Source: an uncultured Clostridiaceae bacterium
GTDB lineage: Bacteria; Bacillota; Clostridia; Lutisporales; Lutisporaceae
Length of the DNA stretch: 60,916 bases
Direction: 5' to 3'
Assembly: GCA_964619815.1 (NCBI GenBank)
Contig: CAZUGK010000001.1
Span: forward strand, 22,878 to 83,793
The notes under the pieces were generated by a model that saw only the letters and a list, made by a program, of their open reading frames with translations, was not told where the DNA came from and did not search any database. The translations under genes and the position numbers were made by a program. This document shows, in pieces, positions 49,378-59,332 of the stretch; within the stretch, counting starts at the first letter, position 1, and each line of letters begins with the position of its first letter.

Positions 49378-51285
49378 TTGAGCCATAATTACTATTCTAT
49401 AGCCAGCAAGTATTATGCATATAAAGTGTTGGCATTGTATAAATCAATACAAAAATACGATACGGATTTTCGTTTTTTTTTCATATGTTTAAATGAGGAA
49501 GTGAAAGAACTTTTCAGTGCGATGGGTCTGGAAAAAGCAAGCGTTATAAGCATTGACAATATTGAAGCCAGTGATCGGGAGCTTCTTGAGGTGAAAAGCA
49601 GCAGAAATGAGAAGGAGTATGCCTGGACAATAAAACCATCTGTAATGCTATATCTGCTTGAAACCTATCCGGAATTGGACCATATTATATGGCTGGATGG
49701 AGATACGGCTTTTTTGTCTGATCCTCAGACGATATATGATGAATGGGGTGACTATTCCATATTGCTTACTGAAGAGAAGTACTCCGGCAAATTTGATTAC
49801 ATGAGCCGGTATTTCGGGGTGTATAATACAGGATTTTTAGGCTTCAAGAGGGATGATAATGCTATAGAATGCTTGAACTGGCTGAGGAAAAAGGTTATTG
49901 AGTGGTGCTATGACAGACATGAGAAAGGCTTATGGAGTGACCAAATGCATTACAATAATATTCCGAACTTATTCAGCAATGTGGGAGTTATTAAGAATTC
50001 GGGTATAAATATGACCCCCTTTATACTCAGAAGGCTGCTGGACGAAGAGGGGGATGACGTTAAGGAAAGCTCCGGCAATATATTTGTCAATGCTTCCAAA
50101 GTAGTTTTTTTCCACTATTACGGCTTCAAATTTTATAATGAGTCAGAATTTGACCTGTGTTTTTATAAGAATTGGAAATTCCCGGGGAAAGTTATCAAAA
50201 CTATTTATATGCCTTATATAGAGTTGTGCGGTGAAGCAATTGCTCTTATAAATGAACATAATGACAGCTTTTATTATCCGGAAAAACCTGATTTTAATTA
50301 TATAGCATACTATTACTCTATCGGCAAAAGGAACAATATTAATTCTTATAATTTTTGCACTATTGTTACCGGTGAATACTTGCCGAAGGTTTTGGCACTG
50401 TACCTTTCATTAAAGAGGCATGCGGAAAGCTTTCATCTATGGATTTGCTGCATGGATGGCTTAGTATACGATGTACTAAACAAACTCAAGCTTTCAAATG
50501 TTACCTTGATAAAACTTGAAAACATCGAGGACAACGAATTGCTTTCGGTCAAAGACTGCAGGTACACTCATGAATATTGCTGGACCCTCAAGGCCCCCTT
50601 AATTCTATACCTGTTTAAATGCTATAAAGATATTGATTCGCTATTTTATATAGATTCGGATACTTACCTTTTTTCCAGCCCTGAGAAATTATTTGCCCGG
50701 TTGAAAAGCTATTCGGTTCTGCTGACAATGCACAATTTCAACAATGATTTTAAATCACTGTATACCCAAAAAGGCTGGTATAATGCGGGAATCATAGGGT
50801 TCCGGAGAGATTCAAATGCATTAAACTGCCTTAACTGGTGGCGTGACAGTTGTATAGAATGGTGCTACGACAAAATTGAAGATGGTAAATTCGGTGATCA
50901 AAAATATCTGATGCACTTTCGAAAAAGGTTTGATGGAGTATATAGGGAGAGAATGGTAGGAGCTAATGCTGCAATGTGGAATTTTAAAGAGCACAGTATC
51001 AGGGAATATCAAGGAAAGGTTCAGATTAATGAAAAGGAACTTATATTCTATCATTTCAGTGCCTTTCTTATATGCAGTGAGTGGGAATATGGCATGTGGA
51101 GGTGGTATTATCCGGAGGTGGATGAAAATGCCAAAAGGCTTATTTACCTTCCCTATGCCAAAGATCTGTATAATGCTATCCAAATGATAAAACAAGTATA
51201 TGAATATGTACACACATATTTCTATGATCTATCTGCCGTGGAGAATTCTAAAAACCTGATAAATATTAAGGATTTCAGTGAATGA
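49378..51285 (+). CDS. Two-domain GT-A-fold glycosyltransferase-like protein (tandem fusion of the same domain)
   Basis: 635 aa. The N-terminal half (WLDGDT, EYAWTIKP, NTGFLGFKRDDN) and the C-terminal half (YIDSDT, EYCWTLKAP, NAGIIGFRRDSN) are colinear paralogues. Confidence 0.68.
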   Translation: MSHNYYSIASKYYAYKVLALYKSIQKYDTDFRFFFICLNEEVKELFSAMGLEKASVISIDNIEASDRELLEVKSSRNEKEYAWTIKPSVMLYLLETYPELDHIIWLDGDTAFLSDPQTIYDEWGDYSILLTEEKYSGKFDYMSRYFGVYNTGFLGFKRDDNAIECLNWLRKKVIEWCYDRHEKGLWSDQMHYNNIPNLFSNVGVIKNSGINMTPFILRRLLDEEGDDVKESSGNIFVNASKVVFFHYYGFKFYNESEFDLCFYKNWKFPGKVIKTIYMPYIELCGEAIALINEHNDSFYYPEKPDFNYIAYYYSIGKRNNINSYNFCTIVTGEYLPKVLALYLSLKRHAESFHLWICCMDGLVYDVLNKLKLSNVTLIKLENIEDNELLSVKDCRYTHEYCWTLKAPLILYLFKCYKDIDSLFYIDSDTYLFSSPEKLFARLKSYSVLLTMHNFNNDFKSLYTQKGWYNAGIIGFRRDSNALNCLNWWRDSCIEWCYDKIEDGKFGDQKYLMHFRKRFDGVYRERMVGANAAMWNFKEHSIREYQGKVQINEKELIFYHFSAFLICSEWEYGMWRWYYPEVDENAKRLIYLPYAKDLYNAIQMIKQVYEYVHTYFYDLSAVENSKNLINIKDFSE

Positions 51286-51307
51286 AATATCATTTTTGGA
51301 GGCAGTT

Positions 51308-52276
51308 ATGGAAAGTTTGTCTTTTGGTAAAAAGAAGGTCATTATTACCGGAGCGAATGGTTTTATTGGTTCACATATGACTATGAGAATGTTTAAGGAG
51401 GAAGCACGCATCTATGTTACGGTCCGGGAATTATCGGACCTGTGGAGACTGGATAAGGTGCAGAAGGACATTGAAATATGCAAGCTGGATTTAAGAGACA
51501 ACGGAGAAGTAGAGAAGCATATAAGGAGAATAAAGCCTGATTATATATTTCATATGGCGGCTTATGGAGTTGACTCAAGGCAGAAGGACTATATCACCGC
51601 AGCAGAAACAAATATTATTGGAACAATAAATCTGCTTAACGCGGCCATTGCTGCCGACTGCGGGAAATTTATAAATACAGGCACCAGTATGCAATATGGC
51701 AATAAGACTATGCCAATAAAAGAAACAGAGTATTATTCACCCTCTAATATATATGGAAGCTCCAAGGCGGCAGCAACAATAATTGCACATCAGATAGCTG
51801 CAGAAAACGGTATTGACATAGCCACCATAATACCCTTCGGTGTTTTTGGAGAAAACGAGGGAAGCCATAAGTTCTTCCCCCACGTTATTTTATCTGTGCT
51901 GGGGGAGAAAAGTATTGAGCTGTCACCCTGTGAGCAATATAGGGATTATTGCTATATAGAGAATGTTATCGATGGGTTTTTAATGGCTGCGGCCAATGAA
52001 AAGATAAAAAATGAAATATTTAATATAGGAAGCGGAGATTTATATCAGCTTAAGTATTATGTTAATTTGATTGTTGAAAAAATGGGCTGCAAGAGCAATA
52101 TAAAATATGGGTCAGTTGAATACAGAAAAAACGATTTGTGGAGCCCACAGCCGGATATAAGCAAAATAACCGGGGTGATGGGGTGGAGTCCGAGAATATG
52201 CCTTTCTGAAGGTATTGACAAAACCATTGAATGGTTCAGGGAAAACTACGACAAATACAGCGTAAGGGGGAGATAG
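51308..52276 (+). CDS. NAD-dependent epimerase/dehydratase (extended SDR)
   Basis: ATG 51308 lies after GGAGG. TGANGFIGSH Rossmann motif and YGSSKAAA catalytic YxxxK. Confidence 0.8.
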   Translation: MESLSFGKKKVIITGANGFIGSHMTMRMFKEEARIYVTVRELSDLWRLDKVQKDIEICKLDLRDNGEVEKHIRRIKPDYIFHMAAYGVDSRQKDYITAAETNIIGTINLLNAAIAADCGKFINTGTSMQYGNKTMPIKETEYYSPSNIYGSSKAAATIIAHQIAAENGIDIATIIPFGVFGENEGSHKFFPHVILSVLGEKSIELSPCEQYRDYCYIENVIDGFLMAAANEKIKNEIFNIGSGDLYQLKYYVNLIVEKMGCKSNIKYGSVEYRKNDLWSPQPDISKITGVMGWSPRICLSEGIDKTIEWFRENYDKYSVRGR

Positions 52277-52279
52277 AAG

Positions 52280-53344
52280 TTGAGCTGCAATAAAATAATC
52301 AATGAGGATGTAAAAAATATTTACCTTGACATTGGAGGTGCATTGAAGACTATTGAAGGCAGCAGTTTTCTAATTAGCGGAGGCAGCGGTTTTTTGGGCT
52401 CGTATTTCATGGATGTGATCGATTTTTGCAATTCAAACATATTTATGGAGCCGGTAACCGTAATATGTGTCGACAACTTCATAACAGGTATCCCGGACAG
52501 GATTAAGCATCTTATGGATAACGAAAATTTCATTTTAATGGACGCAGATGTTTCAAAGCCATTGGAAATCAATTGCAGTGTTGATTATATCATACATGCA
52601 GCGAGCATAGCTTCACCAACCTACTATAGGAAGCATCCGATAAAAACAATAGAGACCAATGTGCTTGGTCTGACAAATCTTCTGGATCTGGGTATGAGAA
52701 AAAATATGAAAAGCTTCCTGAATCTCTCCAGCAGTGAGATTTATGGTGACCCGGATGAAGCACACATACCCACAAGTGAGGATTACAACGGAAATGTTTC
52801 CTGTACAGGGCCAAGGGCTTGCTATGATGAATCCAAGCGCCTGGGTGAAACCCTGTGTGTTAATTACTTCAGAGAATATGGAGTGCCGGTAAAGGTAGCG
52901 AGGCCCTTCAATGTTTATGGCCCGGGCTTGAAACTGAATGACCGGAGGGTAATACCTGATTTTTTTAATGATGCGATTAAAAGGCATAAAATTGTAATAT
53001 TCAGTGACGGTTCTCCTACAAGAAGCTTTTGTTATGTGAGCGATGCAATAAAGGGCTTCCTGCTGGCATTACTGTCAGAGTTCAATGGAGAGGCATTTAA
53101 TATAGGAAATGACCAGACAGAGATAAGCATGATGGGTTTAGGGGAAATTATTGCAGAAATAGTGGGGAACGTAGATATTGAGCTGAATAAAAGCGAAGAG
53201 AAGGAATATCTGACGGATAATCCCAAAAGAAGGTGCCCTGATTTGACGAAGGCAAAGACTTTCTTGAACTATTACCCGAAGGTGGAGCTTAAAACAGGCC
53301 TTGAGAGGATTTTTCAATGGTATATCCATAACAATAATTTATAG
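52280..53344 (+). CDS. UDP-glucuronate decarboxylase-like SDR (UXS/ArnA C-terminal type)
   Basis: GGSGFLGSYF, SSSEIYGDP, EDYNGNVSCTGPRACYDESKRLGETLC (compare UXS CYDEGKR), RPFNVYGP. Confidence 0.78.
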   Translation: MSCNKIINEDVKNIYLDIGGALKTIEGSSFLISGGSGFLGSYFMDVIDFCNSNIFMEPVTVICVDNFITGIPDRIKHLMDNENFILMDADVSKPLEINCSVDYIIHAASIASPTYYRKHPIKTIETNVLGLTNLLDLGMRKNMKSFLNLSSSEIYGDPDEAHIPTSEDYNGNVSCTGPRACYDESKRLGETLCVNYFREYGVPVKVARPFNVYGPGLKLNDRRVIPDFFNDAIKRHKIVIFSDGSPTRSFCYVSDAIKGFLLALLSEFNGEAFNIGNDQTEISMMGLGEIIAEIVGNVDIELNKSEEKEYLTDNPKRRCPDLTKAKTFLNYYPKVELKTGLERIFQWYIHNNNL

Positions 53345-53358
53345 CTAGGAAGGTTTTT

Positions 53359-53763
53359 ATGGCAAACAAATATGAAATAATTAAAATGAATCCTTATAGG
53401 GATAGACGGGGTGAGCTTAAGAAGGTATTTGTAAAATCAATGCTGGCCGCGGAAAGGACTATTGAAGAAATATATGTACTGTATACTAATAAAGGCTCTG
53501 TACGAGGCAATCACTATCACAAGCAAAATGTAGAATTTTTTACTGTACTGAAGGGGACTGCTGTAATAGCACTCAAGGATGTTGGGGGGGGAGAAGCTGA
53601 GACGCTTAAAGTGTCGGCAGGAGACAATATTGTAGTTAAAGTCCCGGAGAATGTTGCACACGGGTTCAGAAACGATGAGGATGAAGACCTTGTGATACTT
53701 GCAGCCGCGACAAAGCTATATGACCCTGAGGATACCGATACTTTCAACTATTTGTTGCTCTAA
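53359..53763 (+). CDS. Cupin-fold sugar-nucleotide epimerase/isomerase-like protein (RmlC/WxcM/FdtA-related)
   Basis: 134 aa. RGELKKVF...VRGNHYHK...VAHGFRN, a small-barrel cupin with His residues. Confidence 0.5.
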   Translation: MANKYEIIKMNPYRDRRGELKKVFVKSMLAAERTIEEIYVLYTNKGSVRGNHYHKQNVEFFTVLKGTAVIALKDVGGGEAETLKVSAGDNIVVKVPENVAHGFRNDEDEDLVILAAATKLYDPEDTDTFNYLLL

Positions 53764-53769
53764 CACTGG

Positions 53770-53804
53770 AGATTCAATACTTAATTTGTATTGAATCTTT
53801 TTTG
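53770..53804 (+). terminator. Rho-independent terminator inside the sugar locus
   Basis: AGATTCAATAC (53770-53780) / GTATTGAATCT (53788-53798), followed by T6. Confidence 0.85.
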
Positions 53805-53888
53805 TATTTAAACAGCTGGTAAGGTGACAAAGCTATACAGCTTTGCATAACTTGAAGTAGGACAAATCGCAGAAAGAGGGGCGATACT

Positions 53889-54653
53889 TTGAAGGTAGTG
53901 ATACTTTGCGGCGGATACGGTATGAGGATGAGGGAGATTACTGGAAATACCCCCAAGCCTCTTGCCTTAGTGGGAGGTAAACCGATACTTTGGCATATAA
54001 TGAAGCTTTACAGCAAGTATGGTTTTGATGATTTCATACTTCCCTTAGGCTACATGGGAGATAAAATAAAGGAATACTTTATGAACTATGATTGGAAGCA
54101 GAATGATTTCATACTGGACTTCAGGGATAATGAGAACAAAATATACCTTTTGAAGAAACCGGAAAAATGGAGGATAACCTTTATAGATACCGGTGAGGAT
54201 ACAATGACGGGAGGGCGTATAAAAAGGATACAGTCTTTTATTGAGGATGATACCTTCCTTATGACCTATGGAGACGGCCTTAGTGATGTCAATATCAGCG
54301 AGTTGTTGAAATACCATAGGGAAAAGGGGAAAATTGCCACTCTTACGAGCATACAAAAAAAGAGCCAGTATGGAATATTAAAGGCTCAGGACGGACTTGC
54401 AACATCCTTTGGAGAAAAAACAGAGATAGAGGGCATGATAAACGGAGGTTTCTTCGCATTTAACAGAGCAATTTTTGATTATCTAAATAATGATCAGTGT
54501 GTTCTTGAAAGGGAGCCGCTGATAAAGCTTGCTTCGGGGGGGCAGCTTGCGGTATATGAGCACAAAGGCTTCTGGCAGGCCATAGATACTGTTAAGGATT
54601 TGCAGGATATGAATACAAACTGGGAGGCCATAGAAAGTATCTTGGGAATATAA
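53889..54653 (+). CDS. rfbF: Glucose-1-phosphate cytidylyltransferase
   Basis: MKVVILCGGYGMRMRE...PKPLALVGGKPILWHIMK.Y..YG..DFIL.LGY and TGGRIKR, strongly RfbF-like. TTG start. Confidence 0.88.
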   Translation: MKVVILCGGYGMRMREITGNTPKPLALVGGKPILWHIMKLYSKYGFDDFILPLGYMGDKIKEYFMNYDWKQNDFILDFRDNENKIYLLKKPEKWRITFIDTGEDTMTGGRIKRIQSFIEDDTFLMTYGDGLSDVNISELLKYHREKGKIATLTSIQKKSQYGILKAQDGLATSFGEKTEIEGMINGGFFAFNRAIFDYLNNDQCVLEREPLIKLASGGQLAVYEHKGFWQAIDTVKDLQDMNTNWEAIESILGI

Positions 54654-54675
54654 TTGATAAAGACGGTGATTAACA

Positions 54676-55524
54676 GTGAAAGTATTGTTTTGCACAATAG
54701 CATCGAAATACAGGCTGCACCAATGTGTCGCACTGTACCATTCACTGAAGCGCTTCATGCCGGAGGCAGCTTTGGTTGTCCTTGCGGTCGACGGGGAGTC
54801 CCATAAAGTGCTTGATGCTTTGAAGCTGCCTGAGGTTACGGTTATATCCGCCGAACAACTGGAGGATGCTAAATTAAAAGAGTTGAAGGAGCAAAGAAAT
54901 TCAAGCGAATATTGCTGGACCCTGAAGCCTGTATTACTGCTTCATCTATATGAGAACTACAAGGACTACAGCATTTTTGTCTATCTTGATTCAGACCTTC
55001 TTTTTTTCGACAGCCCTTTAAAGCTTTTCAGTGGCGGAGGAAATTGGTCTGTGCTACTGACAACTCATAAGGTCAACAGAAAGGCTAATGGAGGCTTTGT
55101 AGCTTTTAAGCGATGCACTTATGCTCATGAAGCATTGAAATGGTGGAAGGACAGTTGTTTGGAGTGGTGTTATTCTCATAACGACAACAGAAGGTTTGGC
55201 GACCAGGGTTATCTGGATTTAATGCGAGACAGGTTCAAGGGAGTTACATACCTTGATATGCCCGGAGCAAATGTGGCTACCTGGAATTACTTTAAATACG
55301 ATCTGGAATTAAAAAATGGAAACATATTTGTAGACAGAAACCGGCTGGTTTTCTTCCACTTCAGCGGATTCCGGATGAAGAGGCAAGAGAGCTCTGTAAT
55401 AATATACGGAGCTGAAATCCCATGTGTTGTATGTGGTGCCTATAAAAGCGCAATTACAAATGCTATAAAAGAAATCGAAGCAATAGACAAAGAAATCACG
55501 GAATATTTTTATTCAGGAATATAA
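54676..55524 (+). CDS. GT-A-fold glycosyltransferase-like protein (fourth copy of the locus-specific domain)
   Basis: YLDSDL (DxD), EYCWTLKP, WWKDSCLEWCY and RFGDQGYLD are shared with the C-terminal half of 49378..51285. Confidence 0.68.
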   Translation: MKVLFCTIASKYRLHQCVALYHSLKRFMPEAALVVLAVDGESHKVLDALKLPEVTVISAEQLEDAKLKELKEQRNSSEYCWTLKPVLLLHLYENYKDYSIFVYLDSDLLFFDSPLKLFSGGGNWSVLLTTHKVNRKANGGFVAFKRCTYAHEALKWWKDSCLEWCYSHNDNRRFGDQGYLDLMRDRFKGVTYLDMPGANVATWNYFKYDLELKNGNIFVDRNRLVFFHFSGFRMKRQESSVIIYGAEIPCVVCGAYKSAITNAIKEIEAIDKEITEYFYSGI

Positions 55525-55537
55525 GGAGTTGCAAAAA

Positions 55538-56893
55538 ATGCGGATTTCAATAATCGGAACGGGTTATGTAGGACTGGTAAGCGGGGTCTGCCTTGCCGTA
55601 AAGGGTCATGAAGTAATATGCGTAGATAGCCGGGAAGACATAGTTGAGAGAATAAACCGTTCTGAAGCGACAATATATGAGCCTTATCTATCGGACCAGC
55701 TTAAGGAAGCAGCTGCTGCAGGAAGGCTTTCGGCGACTGCGGATTTGGAATATGCGGTTGAAAACAGTGATATATCCATTATTGCAGTAGGCACTCCATA
55801 TATGGGTGACAGTATTGACCTTAGCTATATAGAAAAGGTTTCGAGGGATATAGGAAGGCTGCTGGGGAAAAAAGAGACTTATCATGTTGTATGTATAAAA
55901 AGTACGGTGATACCTGCTACTACAGATACGTTTGTAAAAAACATAATTGAAGATGAATCAGGAAAAAAGGCCGGAGAGTTCGGACTTGTTATGAATCCTG
56001 AGTTTTTGCGGGAGGGAGAAGCGGTTACTGACTTTATGAATCCCGACAGGATAGTAATAGGAGCATATGATGATAGGAGCTTCAACCTGTTCAGGCAGGT
56101 ATACGAAGGATATTTTGAAGCACCGATTACAAGGGTGAGCCCAAGAACTGCGGAATTTATAAAATATGCTTCCAATTCACTTCTGGCTATGCTTATTTCA
56201 TATTCCAATGAAATAGCAGCAATATCGGAAGCAGTAGGAGGCATGGATGTTGAAGAGGTACTTTATGGAGTATCGCTGGATAAAAGAATTAGTCCGAAAA
56301 TCGACGGGAAATTAATCAGGCCGGACATAATTAAATACCTGAAAGCCGGGCGCGGCTACGGCGGGAGCTGTTTTCCGAAGGATGTGAAGGCACTGGTTGC
56401 ATTTTCAGAGAAGAAAGGGTATGTGCCCATGCTTTTAAAGGCCACTGCAGAAATAAATGAAAGACAGGTTGACAAGATTGCAGGCAGAATAGAAGCAGAA
56501 TTAGGTACTTTAGAGCATCGGAAAATAATGATGCTGGGCCTTGCCTTCAAGCAGAACAGCGATGACATAAGGGAATCACCTTCCATAAAGCTTGCCAGGC
56601 TTCTTGCGGGAGAAAAAGCATTTGTCTATGTTGCTGACCCCATGGCAATAGAAAACGCAAGAAAAGAACTTGGAGCCGCTAAGAATATTTTCTATTTGGA
56701 GGATATTAAAAATGAAGTTTCAAATTATGATGCCATTGTGCTTATGACACCCTGGCAGGAATATTTGGAGCTTCTAAGTGAAGGTGGGTATGAACCCTTA
56801 AAAAAAGCCATATTGTTTGATGGCTGCAGGGCACTGCAAAAGAATAAAATACTTGGGTCAGGCATAAAATATATAGGTATTGGCTTATCTTAA
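55538..56893 (+). CDS. ugd: UDP-glucose/GDP-mannose dehydrogenase family protein (probable UDP-glucose 6-dehydrogenase)
   Basis: MRISIIGTGYVGLVSG, NPEFLREG, GGSCFPKD (catalytic Cys) and a C-terminal UDP-binding domain. ATG 55538 lies after AAGGAG. Confidence 0.85.
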   Translation: MRISIIGTGYVGLVSGVCLAVKGHEVICVDSREDIVERINRSEATIYEPYLSDQLKEAAAAGRLSATADLEYAVENSDISIIAVGTPYMGDSIDLSYIEKVSRDIGRLLGKKETYHVVCIKSTVIPATTDTFVKNIIEDESGKKAGEFGLVMNPEFLREGEAVTDFMNPDRIVIGAYDDRSFNLFRQVYEGYFEAPITRVSPRTAEFIKYASNSLLAMLISYSNEIAAISEAVGGMDVEEVLYGVSLDKRISPKIDGKLIRPDIIKYLKAGRGYGGSCFPKDVKALVAFSEKKGYVPMLLKATAEINERQVDKIAGRIEAELGTLEHRKIMMLGLAFKQNSDDIRESPSIKLARLLAGEKAFVYVADPMAIENARKELGAAKNIFYLEDIKNEVSNYDAIVLMTPWQEYLELLSEGGYEPLKKAILFDGCRALQKNKILGSGIKYIGIGLS

Positions 56894-57050
56894 CACAAAT
56901 GTATTATACTGGAATTAAAAACAAACAGTATTAACACTTTAGTGACCTTTGCATAATATATATTATGAAATTAATTATATTAGCAGGTTAAAAATGAATA
57001 GCTGTTGCTTTCCAATATAGAAATATATGGGGAGGCAATTTATATAAAGA

Positions 57051-57074
57051 GGTGCGGCTTGGGCTGCACCTTTT
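57051..57074 (+). terminator. Probable terminator downstream of ugd
   Basis: GGTGCGGC (57051-57058) / GCTGCACC (57063-57070, one G-T pair), followed by TTTT. Confidence 0.5.
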
Positions 57075-57227
57075 AAATGTTCTTATGAATATAATTTATG
57101 AAAATAAGTACAATATAATCAATTCCGACTAAAAAAGTAGAATTTAATATTGACATTATTTATATGCTATGGTAATCTTAAAATGAAATCCGAGTTAAAA
57201 GGTAGGAATTAATAAGGAGCTGATAGC

Positions 57228-57668
57228 ATGATATTATCTACCAAAGGAAGATATGGGCTTAAGATGATGTATGAGTTTGCCTTGAACTACGGAGCAGGAC
57301 CATTGTCTCTAAAAGAGGTGGCTCATAAGCAGCAGCTTTCGGAGACCTATCTTGAGCAGCTTATTGCGCATCTGAAAAAAGCAGGTTTGGTAATAAGCGT
57401 GAGAGGAGCGCAGGGCGGATATGAGTTGACAAGAAAACCTGAAGAAATTACAGTGGGGGAAATTATAAGGGTGCTTGAAGGTCCCCTTGCTCCTTCCGAA
57501 TGCGTAATAGATGATGAACCTGAGTGTTCAAAGGCTGAATACTGTGTAACAAGGCTGATTTGGGAAAAAATAAAAGATAGCATTAATAATGTAATAGACT
57601 CTATTACATTAAAAGATATGGTAAATGACTATTACAAGCTTAAGCAAAAGAAAGAAGGAGAGAAGTAA
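57228..57668 (+). CDS. iscR: Rrf2-family transcriptional regulator (IscR-like, three-Cys cluster site)
   Basis: [14 protein letters not shown]..., wHTH, and the Cys triad [18 protein letters not shown]. Heads a nifS-iscU-mnmA operon. Promoter TTGACA...TGGTAATCT lies upstream. Confidence 0.78.
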   Translation: MILSTKGRYGLKMMYEFALNYGAGPLSLKEVAHKQQLSETYLEQLIAHLKKAGLVISVRGAQGGYELTRKPEEITVGEIIRVLEGPLAPSECVIDDEPECSKAEYCVTRLIWEKIKDSINNVIDSITLKDMVNDYYKLKQKKEGEK

Positions 57669-57669
57669 G

Positions 57670-58860
57670 ATGAGCAGAAGAGCAATATATATGGACCATG
57701 CAGCTACAACTTATACCAAAAAGGAAGTGCTGGAGGAAATGCTTCCATTTTTTAGCGAACATTTCGGAAATCCTTCCAGTATACATAAGTTTGGAAGAGA
57801 CGTAAGAAAGTATGTTGATACTGCCAGGGAGAAGGTCGCAAAAGCTTTAGGCGCGTTGCCGGAAGAGATTTATTTTACAGCCGGCGGTTCAGAAGCAGAT
57901 AACTGGGCAGTAAAGGGTACGGCATATGCAAACAAAAGCAAGGGGAATCATATAATAACTACTCAGATTGAGCACCACGCTCTTTTGCATACCTGCGAAT
58001 ACCTGGAAAAGGAAGGGTTTGAGGTTACATACCTGCCTGTTGATGAATATGGTCTGGTAAGTGTTGAGGATGTAAAGAATGCAATAACTGATAAGACAAT
58101 ACTTATTTCAATAATGTATGCCAATAATGAAATAGGTACGATTGAGCCTATAGCAGAGATCGGAAAGCTTGCACGGGAAAGGGGCATATACTTCCACACT
58201 GATGCGGTGCAGGCAGTGGGAAGCGTAAAAATTGATGTCAAGGAACAGAATATTGATATGCTTTCCTTGTCAGCACATAAGTTTTATGGGCCTAAGGGAA
58301 TAGGCGTTCTTTACGTTAGAAAGGGAGTAAAGCTTCTTAGCTTTATTCACGGAGGTGCTCAGGAAAGAGGAAGAAGGGCCGGCACAGAAAATACACCGGG
58401 TATTATAGGACTTGCAAAGGCTATTGAGCTGGCGACCGAAAATCTTGAAGAACACAGCAGCAGGATAACTGCTCTCAGGGATAAGCTAATAAAAGGGATA
58501 ATGGAGAAGGTGCCTTATACAAGACTGAATGGGCATCCGGTCAAAAGGCTGCCTGGAAACGTCAGCTTCTGTTTTCAATATATTGAAGGAGAATCATTAC
58601 TTCTGAATCTGGATATGAAGGGTATAGCAGGTTCCAGCGGTTCAGCCTGCACCTCGGGTTCCCTGGACCCATCCCATGTACTTCTTGCAATCGGACTGCC
58701 CCATGAAATAGCTCATGGATCGTTAAGATTGTCCCTTGGAGATGTAAATACAGAAGAAGATGTGGATTATGTTCTTGAAGTATTACCGGAAATAGTTGAT
58801 AGACTGAGACAAATGTCACCGTTGTATGAGAAGGTTAAAGGGGGAAATACTAATGTATAG
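57670..58860 (+). CDS. nifS: Cysteine desulfurase NifS/IscS
   Basis: IYMDHAATT..., [12 protein letters not shown] (PLP Lys), [10 protein letters not shown] (active Cys loop). ATG 57670 lies 2 nt after the iscR stop. Confidence 0.92.
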   Translation: MSRRAIYMDHAATTYTKKEVLEEMLPFFSEHFGNPSSIHKFGRDVRKYVDTAREKVAKALGALPEEIYFTAGGSEADNWAVKGTAYANKSKGNHIITTQIEHHALLHTCEYLEKEGFEVTYLPVDEYGLVSVEDVKNAITDKTILISIMYANNEIGTIEPIAEIGKLARERGIYFHTDAVQAVGSVKIDVKEQNIDMLSLSAHKFYGPKGIGVLYVRKGVKLLSFIHGGAQERGRRAGTENTPGIIGLAKAIELATENLEEHSSRITALRDKLIKGIMEKVPYTRLNGHPVKRLPGNVSFCFQYIEGESLLLNLDMKGIAGSSGSACTSGSLDPSHVLLAIGLPHEIAHGSLRLSLGDVNTEEDVDYVLEVLPEIVDRLRQMSPLYEKVKGGNTNV

Positions 58861-59302
58861 CGAAAAAGTAATGGATCATTTTTCAAATCCAAGGAACGTT
58901 GGAGAAATTTCGAATGCCAGTGGCGTAGGTGAAGTTGGAAATGCAAAGTGCGGAGATATCATGAAGATATATCTGCAGATAGAAGATAATATTATTAAAG
59001 ACGTAAAATTCAAGACCTTTGGTTGTGGTGCCGCAGTAGCAACCAGCAGTATTGCCACTGAAATGATAAAAGGAAAAACAGTAGAAGAAGCTCTTGAGCT
59101 TACTAATAAAGCAGTTATTGAGGCATTGGACGGACTGCCGCCTGCAAAAATTCACTGTTCTGTACTTGCAGAGGAAGCTGTAAAAGCTGCTATAGAAGAT
59201 TATATGAAAAAGCAAGGTAAAGAAATTAAACCCTCTGAATTTGTGGGAGAAGGACCTAATGAGGAAGAGTGTTGCAGTACATGTGGGCATAAGTGCATAT
59301 AG
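58853..59302 (+). CDS. iscU: Fe-S cluster assembly scaffold IscU/NifU (with Cys-rich C-terminal tail)
   Basis: [17 protein letters not shown]...GNAKCGD...FKTFGCGAA...IHCSVLA. Extra C-terminal [12 protein letters not shown]. Confidence 0.9.
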   Translation: MYSEKVMDHFSNPRNVGEISNASGVGEVGNAKCGDIMKIYLQIEDNIIKDVKFKTFGCGAAVATSSIATEMIKGKTVEEALELTNKAVIEALDGLPPAKIHCSVLAEEAVKAAIEDYMKKQGKEIKPSEFVGEGPNEEECCSTCGHKCI

Positions 59303-59332
59303 TTCTGTTACTGCAGTAGGAGTTGAAAGCTA

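Noticed and set aside
56994-57020. Mini-ORF MNSCCFPI (two adjacent Cys codons) upstream of a hairpin, considered as a Cys-sensing leader peptide for the iscR-nifS operon
   Set aside because: The RBS is weak. The hairpin at 57051-57074 lies upstream of the iscR promoter (TTGACA near 57151), so it is more simply the ugd terminator. Firmicutes are not known to use this attenuation mode for Cys genes.
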